Assembly (NCBI GenBank): GCA_963823665.1
Contig: CAWGMQ010000006.1
Location: 1,600,001-1,664,000 of the forward strand
Source: an uncultured Planctomycetota bacterium
Lineage (GTDB): Bacteria > Planctomycetota > Planctomycetia > Isosphaerales > Isosphaeraceae
Length of the DNA stretch: 64,000 nt
Direction: 5' to 3'
The position numbers were made by a program, and so were the translations under genes. Positions within the stretch are counted from its first letter, which is position 1. Each line of letters opens with the position of its first letter. Under the pieces are notes generated by a model that saw only the letters and a program-made list of their open reading frames with translations, did not search any database and was not told where the DNA came from. Shown here one piece after another: positions 30,602 to 41,665 of this stretch.

Positions 30602-31093
30602 TCAGTAAGTCTCTGATGACGCCAGCAGCGCGGCAAGAAGATCGTAGCTTGCGGCCACGCCATGCTCCATGGGACTCTTGAGGACGGCGTCGCGAGCCTC
30701 CTGGGAGGTGTAGAGAATCGTGTTCGTGAGTGTCGTCTTGCCGTTCTGTTCGGTCAGGACGAGCGTCCCAACCGCCTCGCCGCCGGTCCAATCCTCGTCG
30801 AAGAGCTGGGTGCAGACGATCCGCTCCGGGCGCACAATCTCGCGATGGACACCCCCCATGCCCATCATCGTGCCGTCTGGCCCGCGCCAGACGTAGCGAT
30901 AGGCGCCGCCAACCCGCAGATCGATTTCGCACGTCTCGAGGGACCAGCCCGGCGGGCCCACCAGCCATCGCTTGAGCAGCTCGGGCTTCGTGAATGCTTC
31001 AAAGACCAGCTCGCGTTGCGCATCGAAGACCCGGGTCATTCTGATCTCGCGGTCGGTCGGCGTCGTTACTTTCAGATTTCCCGCGTTCTGCAT
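30602..31093 (-). CDS. SRPBCC family protein
   Basis: TRVFDA.RELVF.AFT.PELLKRW, IDLRVGGAYRY. Confidence 0.9.
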   Translation of the reverse strand: MQNAGNLKVTTPTDREIRMTRVFDAQRELVFEAFTKPELLKRWLVGPPGWSLETCEIDLRVGGAYRYVWRGPDGTMMGMGGVHREIVRPERIVCTQLFDEDWTGGEAVGTLVLTEQNGKTTLTNTILYTSQEARDAVLKSPMEHGVAASYDLLAALLASSETY

Positions 31094-31108
31094 CGCTCGT
31101 CTCCTCGA

Positions 31109-31462
31109 TTACTTGGACTGCCTGAGTTTCTGGTCGTCGATCTTCATTTCTTCGAGCAGTGCATCCAGCCGCTCGAAGTTCCCTTCCCAGACCTGGCGAT
31201 ACCGCTCCAGCCATTGCGCCGCCTCCTTTAGCGGCTTGCCTTCAATCCGGCGCGGCCGCCTCTGCGCGTCGCGACCGCGTGAAATCAGCCCGGCGCGCTC
31301 GAGCACCTTGAGGTGCTTCGAGATCGCCGGCTGACTCATCGAAAACGGCCTCGCGAGATCCGTCACCGACGCTTCGCCGGACGCAAGCCGCTTCAGGATC
31401 GCCCTCCGTGTCGGATCGGCGAGAGCGGCGAACGTCGCGTCGAGACGCCTGGATAACGTCAT
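31109..31462 (-). CDS. ArsR/SmtB transcriptional regulator
   Basis: FAALADPTRRAIL...MSQPAISKHLKVLERAGLI. Confidence 0.93.
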   Translation of the reverse strand: MTLSRRLDATFAALADPTRRAILKRLASGEASVTDLARPFSMSQPAISKHLKVLERAGLISRGRDAQRRPRRIEGKPLKEAAQWLERYRQVWEGNFERLDALLEEMKIDDQKLRQSK

Positions 31463-31463
31463 T

Positions 31464-31500
31464 GGATAACCCTCTGGTTCTGGAACTAACTAGTTATATA
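31464..31500 (-). promoter_or_regulatory. Probable ArsR autoregulatory operator
   Basis: AT-rich TAAC/GTTA half-site repeats (ATAACCCTCTGGTT...AACTAACTAGTTATAT) directly before the start codon; TTGACG further upstream. Confidence 0.5.
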
Positions 31501-31652
31501 AACGACGGCGGCACTGACGTCAAGTTCTCGCTGTCCGCGAGCCGCCGGATTTGCGGCGCTAGCTCGGCCGATTGATTTGTCAAGCGAGCGCGACGATAAT
31601 CGATGCCTCACCGACGATCGAATTCTCCGCTTCTGCATTTTGGGAACAAACC

Positions 31653-32498
31653 ATGACCTTGGTGAGATCGAGACGCTCATCCGCTCGCACGCTGTTTGTT
31701 AGCTCGCTCGTCATCGTACTGATGCTAGAAGGGTCGCCACGGGCCCAGGCCTGGGGGCCGCTTGGTCATCGCATCATCGGCAAGCTCGCAGAGCGAAAGC
31801 TGAATCCCAAAGCAAGGGCCGCCGTCGCCGCCCTGCTCGAGCCGGGCGAGACGATGGCCGACGCCTCGAACTGGGCCGACGAGCATCTCCGCGACGTGCC
31901 CGGGTCCGGCCCGTGGCACTATGTCGACGTTCCACTCGATGAACCCAAGTACGACGCGAAGTTCTCGGGTGACGTTCCCGAAAAAGGCTGCATCGTCACC
32001 AAGATCAATGAGTTCAAGAAAACTCTCAAAGACCCGGCGAAGCCTCTTGAACAGCGGCGGCTGGCGCTCCGATTCCTCGTTCATTTGATTGAAGACCTCC
32101 ACATGCCCCTCCACGTCGGCGACAACCACGACAAGGGCGGGAACAAGACCCAGGTGCGGTTCTTCGATGACGGTACGAATATGCATCGACTCTGGGACGG
32201 TGGGATGATCCAGCGAGTTGGTGACAGCGAAGATTTCTGGGTCGCCGATCTCGGCGAGCTCGATACTCCGAATAAACGCGCCGAAGCCGTGAAGGGAACC
32301 GTCGAAGACTGGGCCACCGAAAGCCTGTTGCTCGCCAGAGCCGCCTACCAGGTCCCCGAAACCGGCAAACGGCTCAAAGCCGGTCAGAAACTCGGCGATT
32401 CCTATTTGAACATACACCTGCCAGTGGTGCGAAAACGGCTCTACCAGGCATCAATCCGCCTCGCCCTGACGCTCAACGAGGTCTTTCCAGACGAGTGA
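31653..32498 (+). CDS. S1/P1 nuclease
   Basis: Signal peptide, WGPLGH, WAD, WHYVD, HLIEDLHMPLH, DKGGN, NMHRLWD. Confidence 0.93.
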   Translation: MTLVRSRRSSARTLFVSSLVIVLMLEGSPRAQAWGPLGHRIIGKLAERKLNPKARAAVAALLEPGETMADASNWADEHLRDVPGSGPWHYVDVPLDEPKYDAKFSGDVPEKGCIVTKINEFKKTLKDPAKPLEQRRLALRFLVHLIEDLHMPLHVGDNHDKGGNKTQVRFFDDGTNMHRLWDGGMIQRVGDSEDFWVADLGELDTPNKRAEAVKGTVEDWATESLLLARAAYQVPETGKRLKAGQKLGDSYLNIHLPVVRKRLYQASIRLALTLNEVFPDE

Positions 32499-32502
32499 TT
32501 GA

Positions 32503-32585
32503 GTAGGTCAGGCTTCAGCCTGACGCATTGAGTACGTCGGGCTGTCAATCCCACCCATCGAGTATGTCAGGCTTGCATCCTGACG
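32503..32585. repeat. GTAG-type REP-like palindromes
   Basis: GTAGGTCAGGCTTCAGCCTGAC at 32503-32524, degenerate copy at about 32562-32584; near-identical copy at 62951-62972. Confidence 0.6.
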
Positions 32586-33891
32586 CATCGACCTCTTTCC
32601 CCGGCGGACGGACAAAGAACCAGATCGCCCCACCCGCGAACACGATGATTCCGGCCAGGCCCAGCGCGATGCGCCACCCGGCATCCGCGCCCGATTGCCG
32701 GGCGATCACGTCGCTCAGAAACGGTGTAAGATAGGGTGAGATCGCGCCCCCGGCATTCCCTCCCGTGTTCATCAAGCCCGCAGCCGAGCCGCCGAATGGG
32801 CCGCCCAGCTCGACCGCCGTGGTCCAGAACGCCGCCTCACAAAGTCCCAGAAGCGCGGCTGATAGCACGAACGCCACAATCGTCGCCTGTGGATTGGATG
32901 CCAGCAGCCCCAGCTCGAACACCGCCCCGCTCGCCAGCATGCCCACCATCGGCACAATCGCCCGCCTGGCCCACGGTGAAAAGCGAGCGGGCACCCGGCT
33001 CATCAGCCAGCCGCCGCAGAGCATCCCCGCGCCCATCGCCAGCGTGATCGCCGTCGTGTAGCCGCGGGCGACCACGCGGTCCTGGTGTTGCACCTTCTCG
33101 AAATAATAAGAAATCCAGTAAAAGAACAAATATTGAAAATAACCATACGCCGCATAGCTCGCCGTGATGCCGATCACGCTTCGCTGGCGAAGGACGCGCC
33201 AGAGCGCTTCCAGATCGATCGACACCGCCGGCTGGTCTGTCTTTTCATGGTGCGCCGTTCCGGTTGCTCTCGTTCCTTCTGTCCAGACGAGGGCAACGAC
33301 CAGGCTAAGCGCACTTGAAATCAGAAGCGCGACCTGCCAGTCGAACCGATCGATCAGCGCTCCGAGCACAAGCTGCGTCGCGGCGATCCCCAGGCAAGCC
33401 GAGAAGTTGATCCAGCCCAGCGCCTTTGGCCTCGCCTCCGGCGGCAGCTCATCGGCCACCATCCGTGCCGACCCTGGGTGCAGCGGCGCGTAGACCAGCC
33501 CCAGTAGCGACCTCACCACCAGCAATCCCATGATCAGAGTCGTTGCCTCGTAAAACACCAGGCCGACACAGCCGGTCAAAGCGACGAACACCGTTGCAGA
33601 GAAGCCCAGGAGCACAAGCGCCCGCCGAGCACCGAATCGGTCGATGAACCAACCGCCGGGGAACATCGCCAGCGTGTAAAAAACGAGGAACGCGGAATAA
33701 ACCATCCCCATCTTTTCGGGAGAGATTCCGTAGGCCGGAATGATCCGCTCGGTCCCGGCAACGGAAATCCCCACGCGATTGAAGTGCCCGCACGCGACCA
33801 CGCACATGAGAAGCAGCACCGTCCGCCGCGTCGGTGGCGATGTCGATTTCGAGGGCGAGCTGCGCACGATCTTCCTTCCTGAGTTGAGCAC
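32545..33891 (-). CDS. MFS transporter (ACS/D-galactonate-like)
   Basis: About 12 TM; GGWFIDRFGARR; GSAAGLMNTGGN. Confidence 0.9.
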   Translation of the reverse strand: MLNSGRKIVRSSPSKSTSPPTRRTVLLLMCVVACGHFNRVGISVAGTERIIPAYGISPEKMGMVYSAFLVFYTLAMFPGGWFIDRFGARRALVLLGFSATVFVALTGCVGLVFYEATTLIMGLLVVRSLLGLVYAPLHPGSARMVADELPPEARPKALGWINFSACLGIAATQLVLGALIDRFDWQVALLISSALSLVVALVWTEGTRATGTAHHEKTDQPAVSIDLEALWRVLRQRSVIGITASYAAYGYFQYLFFYWISYYFEKVQHQDRVVARGYTTAITLAMGAGMLCGGWLMSRVPARFSPWARRAIVPMVGMLASGAVFELGLLASNPQATIVAFVLSAALLGLCEAAFWTTAVELGGPFGGSAAGLMNTGGNAGGAISPYLTPFLSDVIARQSGADAGWRIALGLAGIIVFAGGAIWFFVRPPGKEVDASGCKPDILDGWD

Positions 33892-33901
33892 TTGAAATGA
33901 G

Positions 33902-36360
33902 TCAAGGCCGCGGCACGCCGAAATGGGCCAGCACGTTCTTCAGCAGGCCGCCCCATTTCGGATCAGCGTCGAGTGTCATTCCCGAATTGATCGATCCACT
34001 GTGAAACACCCGCCCGCCGCCGGGCCGCTCCCAGTAGATCATCTCGGCGGCGACTGGAATAGCCGGCGCCTTCGCGGCCGGCACACTTCGCTGGAAATAA
34101 TCCCAAGGCGCGCCGATCGCAACCTTCTTCCAATCGGCGAACCCTTCAGCCAGCAGCGTCATTCCAGGCGGATCGCTCACCGGCTGAGCCATCCCTTCCG
34201 GCGGCGGCTCGACCTGAAACCTGGCCAGCGTCGAGACCCGCACGTCGCCCTCGTGGCCGATCGGCTGCGGAAGCGGCCGCCCGGGTGCCTGACCCAATCG
34301 GTCGCCATCTCGAAGCTGAAGATCAACCGGTTCTCGAAGCAGAAAATGATCCGCATTTCGCACCAGGTACGGCCCCACCCCTGCGGAGCCGACACCCACG
34401 AGCGAGAAATATTCAAGCCCGAACAGTCGCCACGCCGGGAACCCGCACTCTCGCGACATACCTCCCCGTCCCCCGTCGTGGCTGTGCCACATCTCGCCCC
34501 GGCGATCACTGCGCACCTGCGTGCCGGGCGCATCGCCCTTGCGACACTCCATGATCGTGGCATCGGAGTTGAAACTTACTCGCCAGAACGCCGTGTTCCC
34601 CGAAAGAACCACCGCGTTACCGCCCCGATCGAGAAAGCGGCTCACCGCATTCATCGCGTCGAACGACCAGTACTCGCTGTGCCCGACGACGAACAGCACC
34701 TTGTAGCCCTCCAGCACGCCTGCGTCCATGTGCACGTCGGTGTCGCTCAATACGTCATAAGAGTATCCGGATTTCTCGAGCCAGGTTTGCGTGAACCGAT
34801 CCTGGCGGCAGAGATGGCTGTAATCCCACTCCTCCGGGCCCATCAATGTGTATGGACCCACAACCGGCCAGGGCATCCGGCTGCCCACGAAATAAGTCCC
34901 CTGCCCCGCCCGATGCGGGCGGTACAAGCAGAACGCCGGCGGATCTCCCGGCGCTGTTCGCGAAGCCGTTATTGCCGATCGACTTCTTCAGCCCGCTCCA
35001 GCTCGCCGAGAACGGCGTTGCGGCGTAGGCTCGCCAGGTGTTCGTCGAACAAAGAAACGCAATCGGTGCCTTCGAGGGTGAAATCCCCTTCTTGACGATG
35101 AACACACTGTGATAAAGCCGCTCCTCCCCACCGTGCGAAAACCGGATTCGCGCCGCGTAAATGCCGGATCGTGCCTGCTCGCTCAGGCGAATTTCGTGCG
35201 TGGCCGGCCACCGGCAGTCGAATACATCGTCCGACGCCAGCCGCAGCCCGTGTCCCCGCGCGGTCCTTGGCGGGGTCATAAGCCGCCGCTCGCGGCACGT
35301 CGCACTCGAAGCTCGGGCCGCCGATCATCCATGTTCCATGATCGATGATTCTCGCGTCGCGCCGGTGCCGCGAGGCGTCCGCAGCCCGATCGCCTCGCTC
35401 CTCATCAAGCGGCCAGGAACCGAGTAACGCCGCGTCAACGGGCCGCGAGAGCGCCTGCGAGCGATATCTCGCCCCAATCTCGTCCGCCGATAGCGCTTTG
35501 CCGTAAACCGCCGGCATGGCAATATCGGCATCAAGCAAGTAATCGGCGAGCCCGTCTTTGCCCGAGGCACCGATGCGCAGCGGTGCATCACCGGGACGGA
35601 TCGGCCCCGGCGTCACCCAGGTTGCTACGTTCACTCCGTCGATCCAGAGGTATTTTCTCTTGCGATCGGCGCATGCGACCACATGATGCCACCGGTTTTG
35701 AAGCACCGAGCTCGGCGTGTTGTCCGCCTGGATCTTGAGACCCAGCGGGTTGATCTGCATCGTGATCTGCCCTGGTCCGGTCGTGTGCAGATTCTCTTGC
35801 TGAAACCCTTGGCCGCTCCCGGTATAAAAGCCGATCGACCCGTCTTCGCCGACGAACAATCCGAAGCCGCCCGGTCCTCGTTCGTCGAGCTGGCCCATGA
35901 GCGCCTGGCGGCCCACGGTACGCCAGCGTCTGACCCAGACCTCCAGCGTCAAGCCCTCAAGCTCGATCCCGGGGTCGATCCGATCCTCAACATGCAGGTA
36001 TGAGCCCGGATGAATCGGTCGCTGGCTCGGTGCAGATCGGCCGAACGAGTGCACCGTCTCGTCGCGAGAAGTGCTGTTCGGGTCGCTTCCCAGCCGGCAA
36101 ATGGCTAGCTCATACGGATAAGAGCTGCTCACATGAACGCGAACGGCCTCACCCGCGGCCACGCTCACCTGGCTCGTGTAGGCATGAACGCCCTCGACCA
36201 TGACCGGCCGATGCGGCGGCAACACCCCGGGATCAACCTGGCCCCCTGGGCCGCCGGCGAGATTGCATTCGCCTGACCGCGAGGCACCGGAACCTGGGCC
36301 CGCCGCCGCCAGCACGCCGCCGGCGGCCGCAAGGAACTCTCTCCGAGTTGGATCGATCAC
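33902..36360 (-). CDS. Tat-exported N,N-dimethylformamidase beta-subunit-like protein with LamG domain (frameshifted)
   Basis: TRREFL signal, LamG-like RWHHVV...LRIGA, STNTWRAY, VGHSEYWS, VLSGNTAFW, GGRVF..GSI. Confidence 0.8.
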
Positions 36361-36445
36361 GGGCGTCGCCTCCCGCTGCACGCAGCATCGTGGAAGTGGG
36401 CAATCAAGCCGAGACGAAGCGAACGGCGACTCGGGCACCAGCAAT

Positions 36446-37877
36446 TCACGCGAGGATTCCCTTCACGATTTCTCCGTGCACGTCCGTCAGCCGGAAGTCA
36501 CGGCCGGCATGACGGTAAGTCAGCCGCTTGTGGTCGAGCCCCAGAAGGTGAAGAATCGTGGCGTGAAGGTCGTGCACGTGCACCTTGTCTTCAACCGCGA
36601 AGTATCCATAGTCGTCGGTCTTGCCCCACCGAAGCCCTGATTTCACTCCGGCCGCCGGCAAGCCACATCGTGTATCCGTGCGGATTGTGATCGCGACCGT
36701 CGGATCCCTCGCACGTCGGTGTGCGGCCGAACTCGCCGCCCCACACAACCAGCGTATCATTCCACAGTCCACGCTGTTTCAGGTCGGTCAGCAACCCGGC
36801 AATCGGCTTATCGACCGCGCGTGCAAGCCCGCTGTGCGCGGCCTTCAGGTTCGAGTGCGAATCCCAGCCGCCCAGGTTGCATTGCACGAAACGCACGCCG
36901 CGCTCCGACAAGCCGTCGCGCCAGCAAACACTGCGTGCCGAAGTCGGCCGTCGCCTCGTCGTCGAGGCCGTAGAGGCGCTCGGTGGCGTTTGATTCGCCC
37001 GCGATATCGAGCATCTCCGGTGCCCGGGCTTGCATCCGGAAGGCCAGCTCGAACGAGGAGATCCTGGCATCCAGCTCGGAGTCCGGCTCTCGTTGCATTG
37101 CCTGGCGCCGATCCATCGCGGCGATCAAGTCCAGCTCGAGACGCTGCAATTCGGGTATCGCCGAGCCGTCTCCCGAGAAACGGGATCCGCGCATCCGCCG
37201 CACGCTCGCCCGCGTAGCCCAGAGTCGTCCCCTGGTACACGGCCGGCAAAAACGCCGACCCGAAGTTGTTGGCTCCTCCCTGGGAAAGGTCCTGGCAGAT
37301 CGTGACGTACCCGGGAAAATCCTGGTTTTCACTCCCTAGCCCATACGTGACCCACGACCCGAAGCTCGGCCGGATGAACGTATCGCTGCCGGTGTGCCAC
37401 TCCAGCACGGCGCCACCATGCCGCGAATTGGAGCAGTGCATTGAGTTGATGACACACAGGTCGTCGGCGCGCTGCGCCAGGTGCGGAAACAACGAGCTGA
37501 TCGCAAGCCCGCTCTCGCCGTGCTGCCCGAACTCGAAAGCCGAGCCCACGAGGTTTCCCATCCGGTTCGGAAACGAGACCACTCGCGGCCGTTTTTCTTG
37601 TGGCAGTGGCCGCCCGCTGTCGCGCAGGAGCAGAGGCTTCGGGTCAAATGTATCCAGATGTGACGGTCCGCCGAACATGAAGAGCATGATCACGCGCTTC
37701 GCCCGCGGCGGAAAGTGAGGCGGCCGCGGCTCGAGCGGGTTCCCCGCCGCAGCCGATTCCTCGGCAAGGAGCGCCGTCGAGCGCCATTCCGCCAAACCCT
37801 GCCCCCATCCGCGCGAGCGCCTGCCTTCGCGAGAGTGACGGTGCGGCCCGGTCGCGGTAGAAGTGTTGCTGCGTCAT
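36446..37877 (-). CDS. DUF1501 protein (frameshifted)
   Basis: [57 protein letters not shown]. Confidence 0.92.
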
Positions 37878-37908
37878 GAAAAGCTCCCGTCATTCGCTCC
37901 CGGCACGC

Positions 37909-40394
37909 TCACTCCACGTACACGAACTCGTTGGAAGACAAGAGCGCGCGGCAGAGCCCCTGCCAGGCGCGGCAGCGAACGATCGCCGGATCTTGCCCGG
38001 AGAACGCCGCAGCAGATTGATATCGATCGAGAAACGCACCCCATGAGTCGATTTCCTCAGCCGTGGCCTCGCGCCCGAGCACGCACCGGCACGCGCGCGC
38101 CATCCGCGCCTTGGCATCGCCCCGGCCATCGCCCAGCAAGCTCGCCGCCAGGTTTGCCGACGCTCGCTCCATGATGCTGCTGTTCATCATGAACAGCGCC
38201 TGTGCGGCAACCGTCGTCACCGCGCGATCGCCGCTCGAGGACGCAGGATCGGGAAAATCGAACGTGCGATACACTTCGTAAACGGCTCCCCTGAGCACGG
38301 GAAGATAGATGCTTCGCCGCGTTGATTCATAAAGTGCCGGGCTGCGCGACACTCCACCCGCTGAGAGGTCCTGAAACGGAGTCGTCTTGAGCGGCGTGCC
38401 CCCCATCTTCCGGTCGAGCTGTCCCGTCACGAAAAGGATCGAGTCGCGCAACTCTTCGGCGTCCAGCCTTCGCCGCGGCATTCGCCACAGGTAAGCACCC
38501 TCAGGATCAACGCTCGCTGCATGTTCGTTCCATCGCGTGCTCATCTGATAGGTTTTCGATAGCATGACCTCCCTGTGCAGCCGTTTGAGCGACCAGCCCT
38601 GCTCGAGGAGCCGGCTCGCCAGCCAGTCAAGCAGCTCGGGATGAGCAGGCGGCTGGCCCAGCCGGCCGAAGTTGTCGACCGAGGCGACCAGTCCCCGGCC
38701 GAAATGCCATCGCCAGACGCGGTTGACGATCACACGCGACAGCAGCGGATGATCCGGCGCCGTCAGCCAGCGCGCCAGCTCCAGCCGGCCGCTGTGCGCG
38801 CGATCGATTGCCGGCTGCTCCCGCTCGGGAGAGAATCGCCGGAAAACGTCGTGGAACGAGCCGGCCCGCGCGTGAGATGGTTGCCGCGCAGGAAGATCTC
38901 CAGGTCGCCCGGCGTTCCCTCGACAACCGCCATCGCCTTGGGAATCGACGCGTACTCCCGCTTCGCCTCCTCGAGCAGCTTGGTGTGGGCCTCGCGAGCG
39001 TTGGCACCCATCCGGGCGGGGTTGCCGTTGACGAGCAGATTGTCGTGCCGGTCGATGATCTGCTCGAGATCGTCCAGTCGCAGCGCGGCTTCGCTCGTGC
39101 CCAGCCCGGTGACGTTCCACTTGGAATCGACACGATGCGAGAGCATCGTCCGCGTGCTCTTGAAGATCCCCGCCAGGCCGTAGTAGTCGCTCATGTCGAG
39201 CGGGTCGAACTTGTGATCGTGGCAGCGAGCGCAGCCCATCGGAAATCGCCATGAACACCCGGCATGCCGTGTCGAGCTGCTCGTCGACGATGTCCATCTG
39301 CTGCTTGACCGGATCATCCTCTGCGAGCATCTTGGGCCCGATCGCCAGGAAACCGGTCGCGATCACCAGCTCGTCGCGCCGCACCGGCTCGCCCTCGGCG
39401 AGCAGGTCGCCCGCGATCTGCTCGCTCACGAAGCGGTCATACGGCTTTGTCGGCATTGAACGACGACGATCACGTAATCGCGAAACCGCCACGCGTCCGA
39501 GTACGCGAGGTTGTCGTCCATGCCGTTGCTGTCGGCGTATCGAACGAGGTCGAGCCAGTGCCGCCCCCACCGCTCGCCGTAATGAGGCGACGCCAGCAGC
39601 CGATCGACAACAAGCACGAATGCCATCGGGCTCGAGTCCGCCAGGAAGGCCTCCATTTCCTCCGCGGAGGGCGGCAGACCGGTCAGATCAAATGTCGCTC
39701 TGCGCAACAGCGCCCGCTTCGACGCGGGCTCGTTCGGCGCGAGTCCCTTCTCTCGCAGCCTCGCCGCGATAAAGCAATCGATCGGCGAGAGGGGCGATCG
39801 CGAGCCGGCAACCGCCGGAGGCAAAACGTGTCGGCGCGGCCGGAACGCCCAGTGGTTGGCGACATGTTCATCCCATCGCGCTTGGCTCACGGCTTGGGCC
39901 GGCCCAATCCTCCCCTGCACCGCCGCCGGCCAGGGCGCGCCCATCTTGACCCACGCCGCAAGGGTATCGATCTCCATCTGCGACAGTTTCTTCTTGGGCG
40001 GCATCGCCACATCACCTTCGTGGCGAACTGCGAGCATCAACATGCTCCGTTCGGGCTCACCCCGAACCAGAGCCGGCCCTGACCAACCTCCCTTGAGCAG
40101 GCCGTCGAGCGAGTCCAGGCGAAGCTCTGCCTTGCCGCCGCCGGATGCCGGACCGTGGCATTCGTAGCAATGAAGGGCCAGAATCGGCCGGACCTTGTCC
40201 TCGAAGAATTTGAACCCAGCATCGTCCTCACGCGGCGCTGCCATCCCCATGACCGAGCATCCGGCAACCAGCCATGTCATGGCCGTTACCGGAATACCGA
40301 GCCACTTCCAGCGCGAAGCACAACGCCCTTCCTTTCGCACGCGATCTTCTCCCCAGTTGCCAATCAATCGATTCGGCCTCGCAGGCCCGCCCAC
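37909..40394 (-). CDS. Planctomycete cytochrome c / DUF1549 / DUF1553 (PSD1) protein (frameshifted; start uncertain)
   Basis: [67 protein letters not shown]. Confidence 0.92.
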
Positions 40395-40477
40395 CCAACC
40401 GAACGCCCATTCGTTCCGGCAGGTTTAACATTGATTGTACATCGAGCAACGCCGGCAGTCCGCCCTGCCCTGAACAC

Positions 40478-40611
40478 AGTGGCATTTCTCACCGCGAAAG
40501 TGCGATGGTGAATCCGATTGTCGCCTTTCGCTCAGCGAATGTGCGGCCCCGAATTAGATTGTCGCCTTTCGCTCCGCGAAAGGATTTCTTGAATTCGCGC
40601 AGAACGACAAT
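40478..40611. repeat. REP-like palindromic repeats
   Basis: Two copies of ATTGTCGCCTTTCGCTC(A/C)GCGAA plus a degenerate inverted copy. Confidence 0.6.
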
Positions 40612-40613
40612 CC

Positions 40614-41342
40614 TCACCAATCCGGAGCCGCGTGCGTCCCGAAGGCGACCGGCTGCAGGATAATCGTCGTCGGTTGAAGCGGCCCGATCGCGGAAAAGGC
40701 CGGTATGGTCACTGTCTGGGACGTGCCCGCGGCCGCCGCGCTGGTCGCGACCTTCAGAACCTCAGGATCGGCAGACTTCTTGGCGGTCGCGTTGTTCTTT
40801 GCCATCAATTCGGCTTTCTTCGAGAGCGCTTCGGCGTTCTCGCGTCGCACCATCTCATTGGGATCGATGTAGAACCGCGGGTTGAGCGATGTCATGGCAG
40901 TGAACTCGCCGGACGGGACGCCCCGCGCGGTGGGTGACTTCCGTTTGTAAATGATCCGGCATTCCCGGACCATGATCTTGTCCTTCTGTTCGAAGGACGT
41001 GGTCTGGTCAAGCTTGCCGAGCTTGATCATCTGGTTGAGCGCGGTGACATTCGGCTCGGTTTCGAACTGTGTCTTGCGGCCGACATCCAGCGTTCTCTCG
41101 CCTTCATTGACTTCCTCGGCACGCACGATTTCATACCCGTCGGGGAAGTGCCGGGCCATGAGCGCTTCAGCTTCATCGCGGAAGCTCGCTTTGCCCAGGT
41201 ACGTGTTCATCGGAATGGCGACCACGCCGAATTCGTGGTCCTGATAGACGTAGCGCGCAACGAGTGGCCTCATGCAGCCCGGGATGAGAAGCACGAAAAC
41301 ACCCAGACCGATCGCCGGTAACAGGAGCTTGGAGCACCTCAT
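40614..41342 (-). CDS. Hypothetical lipoprotein
   Basis: Hydrophobic signal ending LIPGC; GVVAIP...LMARHFP.GYEIVR.EEV. Confidence 0.75.
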   Translation of the reverse strand: MRCSKLLLPAIGLGVFVLLIPGCMRPLVARYVYQDHEFGVVAIPMNTYLGKASFRDEAEALMARHFPDGYEIVRAEEVNEGERTLDVGRKTQFETEPNVTALNQMIKLGKLDQTTSFEQKDKIMVRECRIIYKRKSPTARGVPSGEFTAMTSLNPRFYIDPNEMVRRENAEALSKKAELMAKNNATAKKSADPEVLKVATSAAAAGTSQTVTIPAFSAIGPLQPTTIILQPVAFGTHAAPDW

Positions 41343-41665
41343 TTCAAGCCCCTCCCCCGCTCAATCGAGGTTTCGGGCCGCCCGGAGACGATTGCAAACA
41401 TGCGCAGAGATGGTAGGGCGCGAAAAACCAAGAAATGCAGTTGGCCGAGTGCATTCTATGCAGTGGCCCGATTCGGTCAAGTTCATTGAAAGGATTAAGG
41501 GAACGCAGCCAGTCGGCCCGCCACTCACGCCTCCAGCCTCACACCGAGGCCCCGCTCCAACGAGACCCCCCGCACGTCCCTTTCCCCCCCCCGTCGCAAA
41601 GGGGGGGCCAGGGGAAGTGAAGGGCGTCACCCGCCAGTGATCCGTTCGCCGCGCAAGATCCCACA

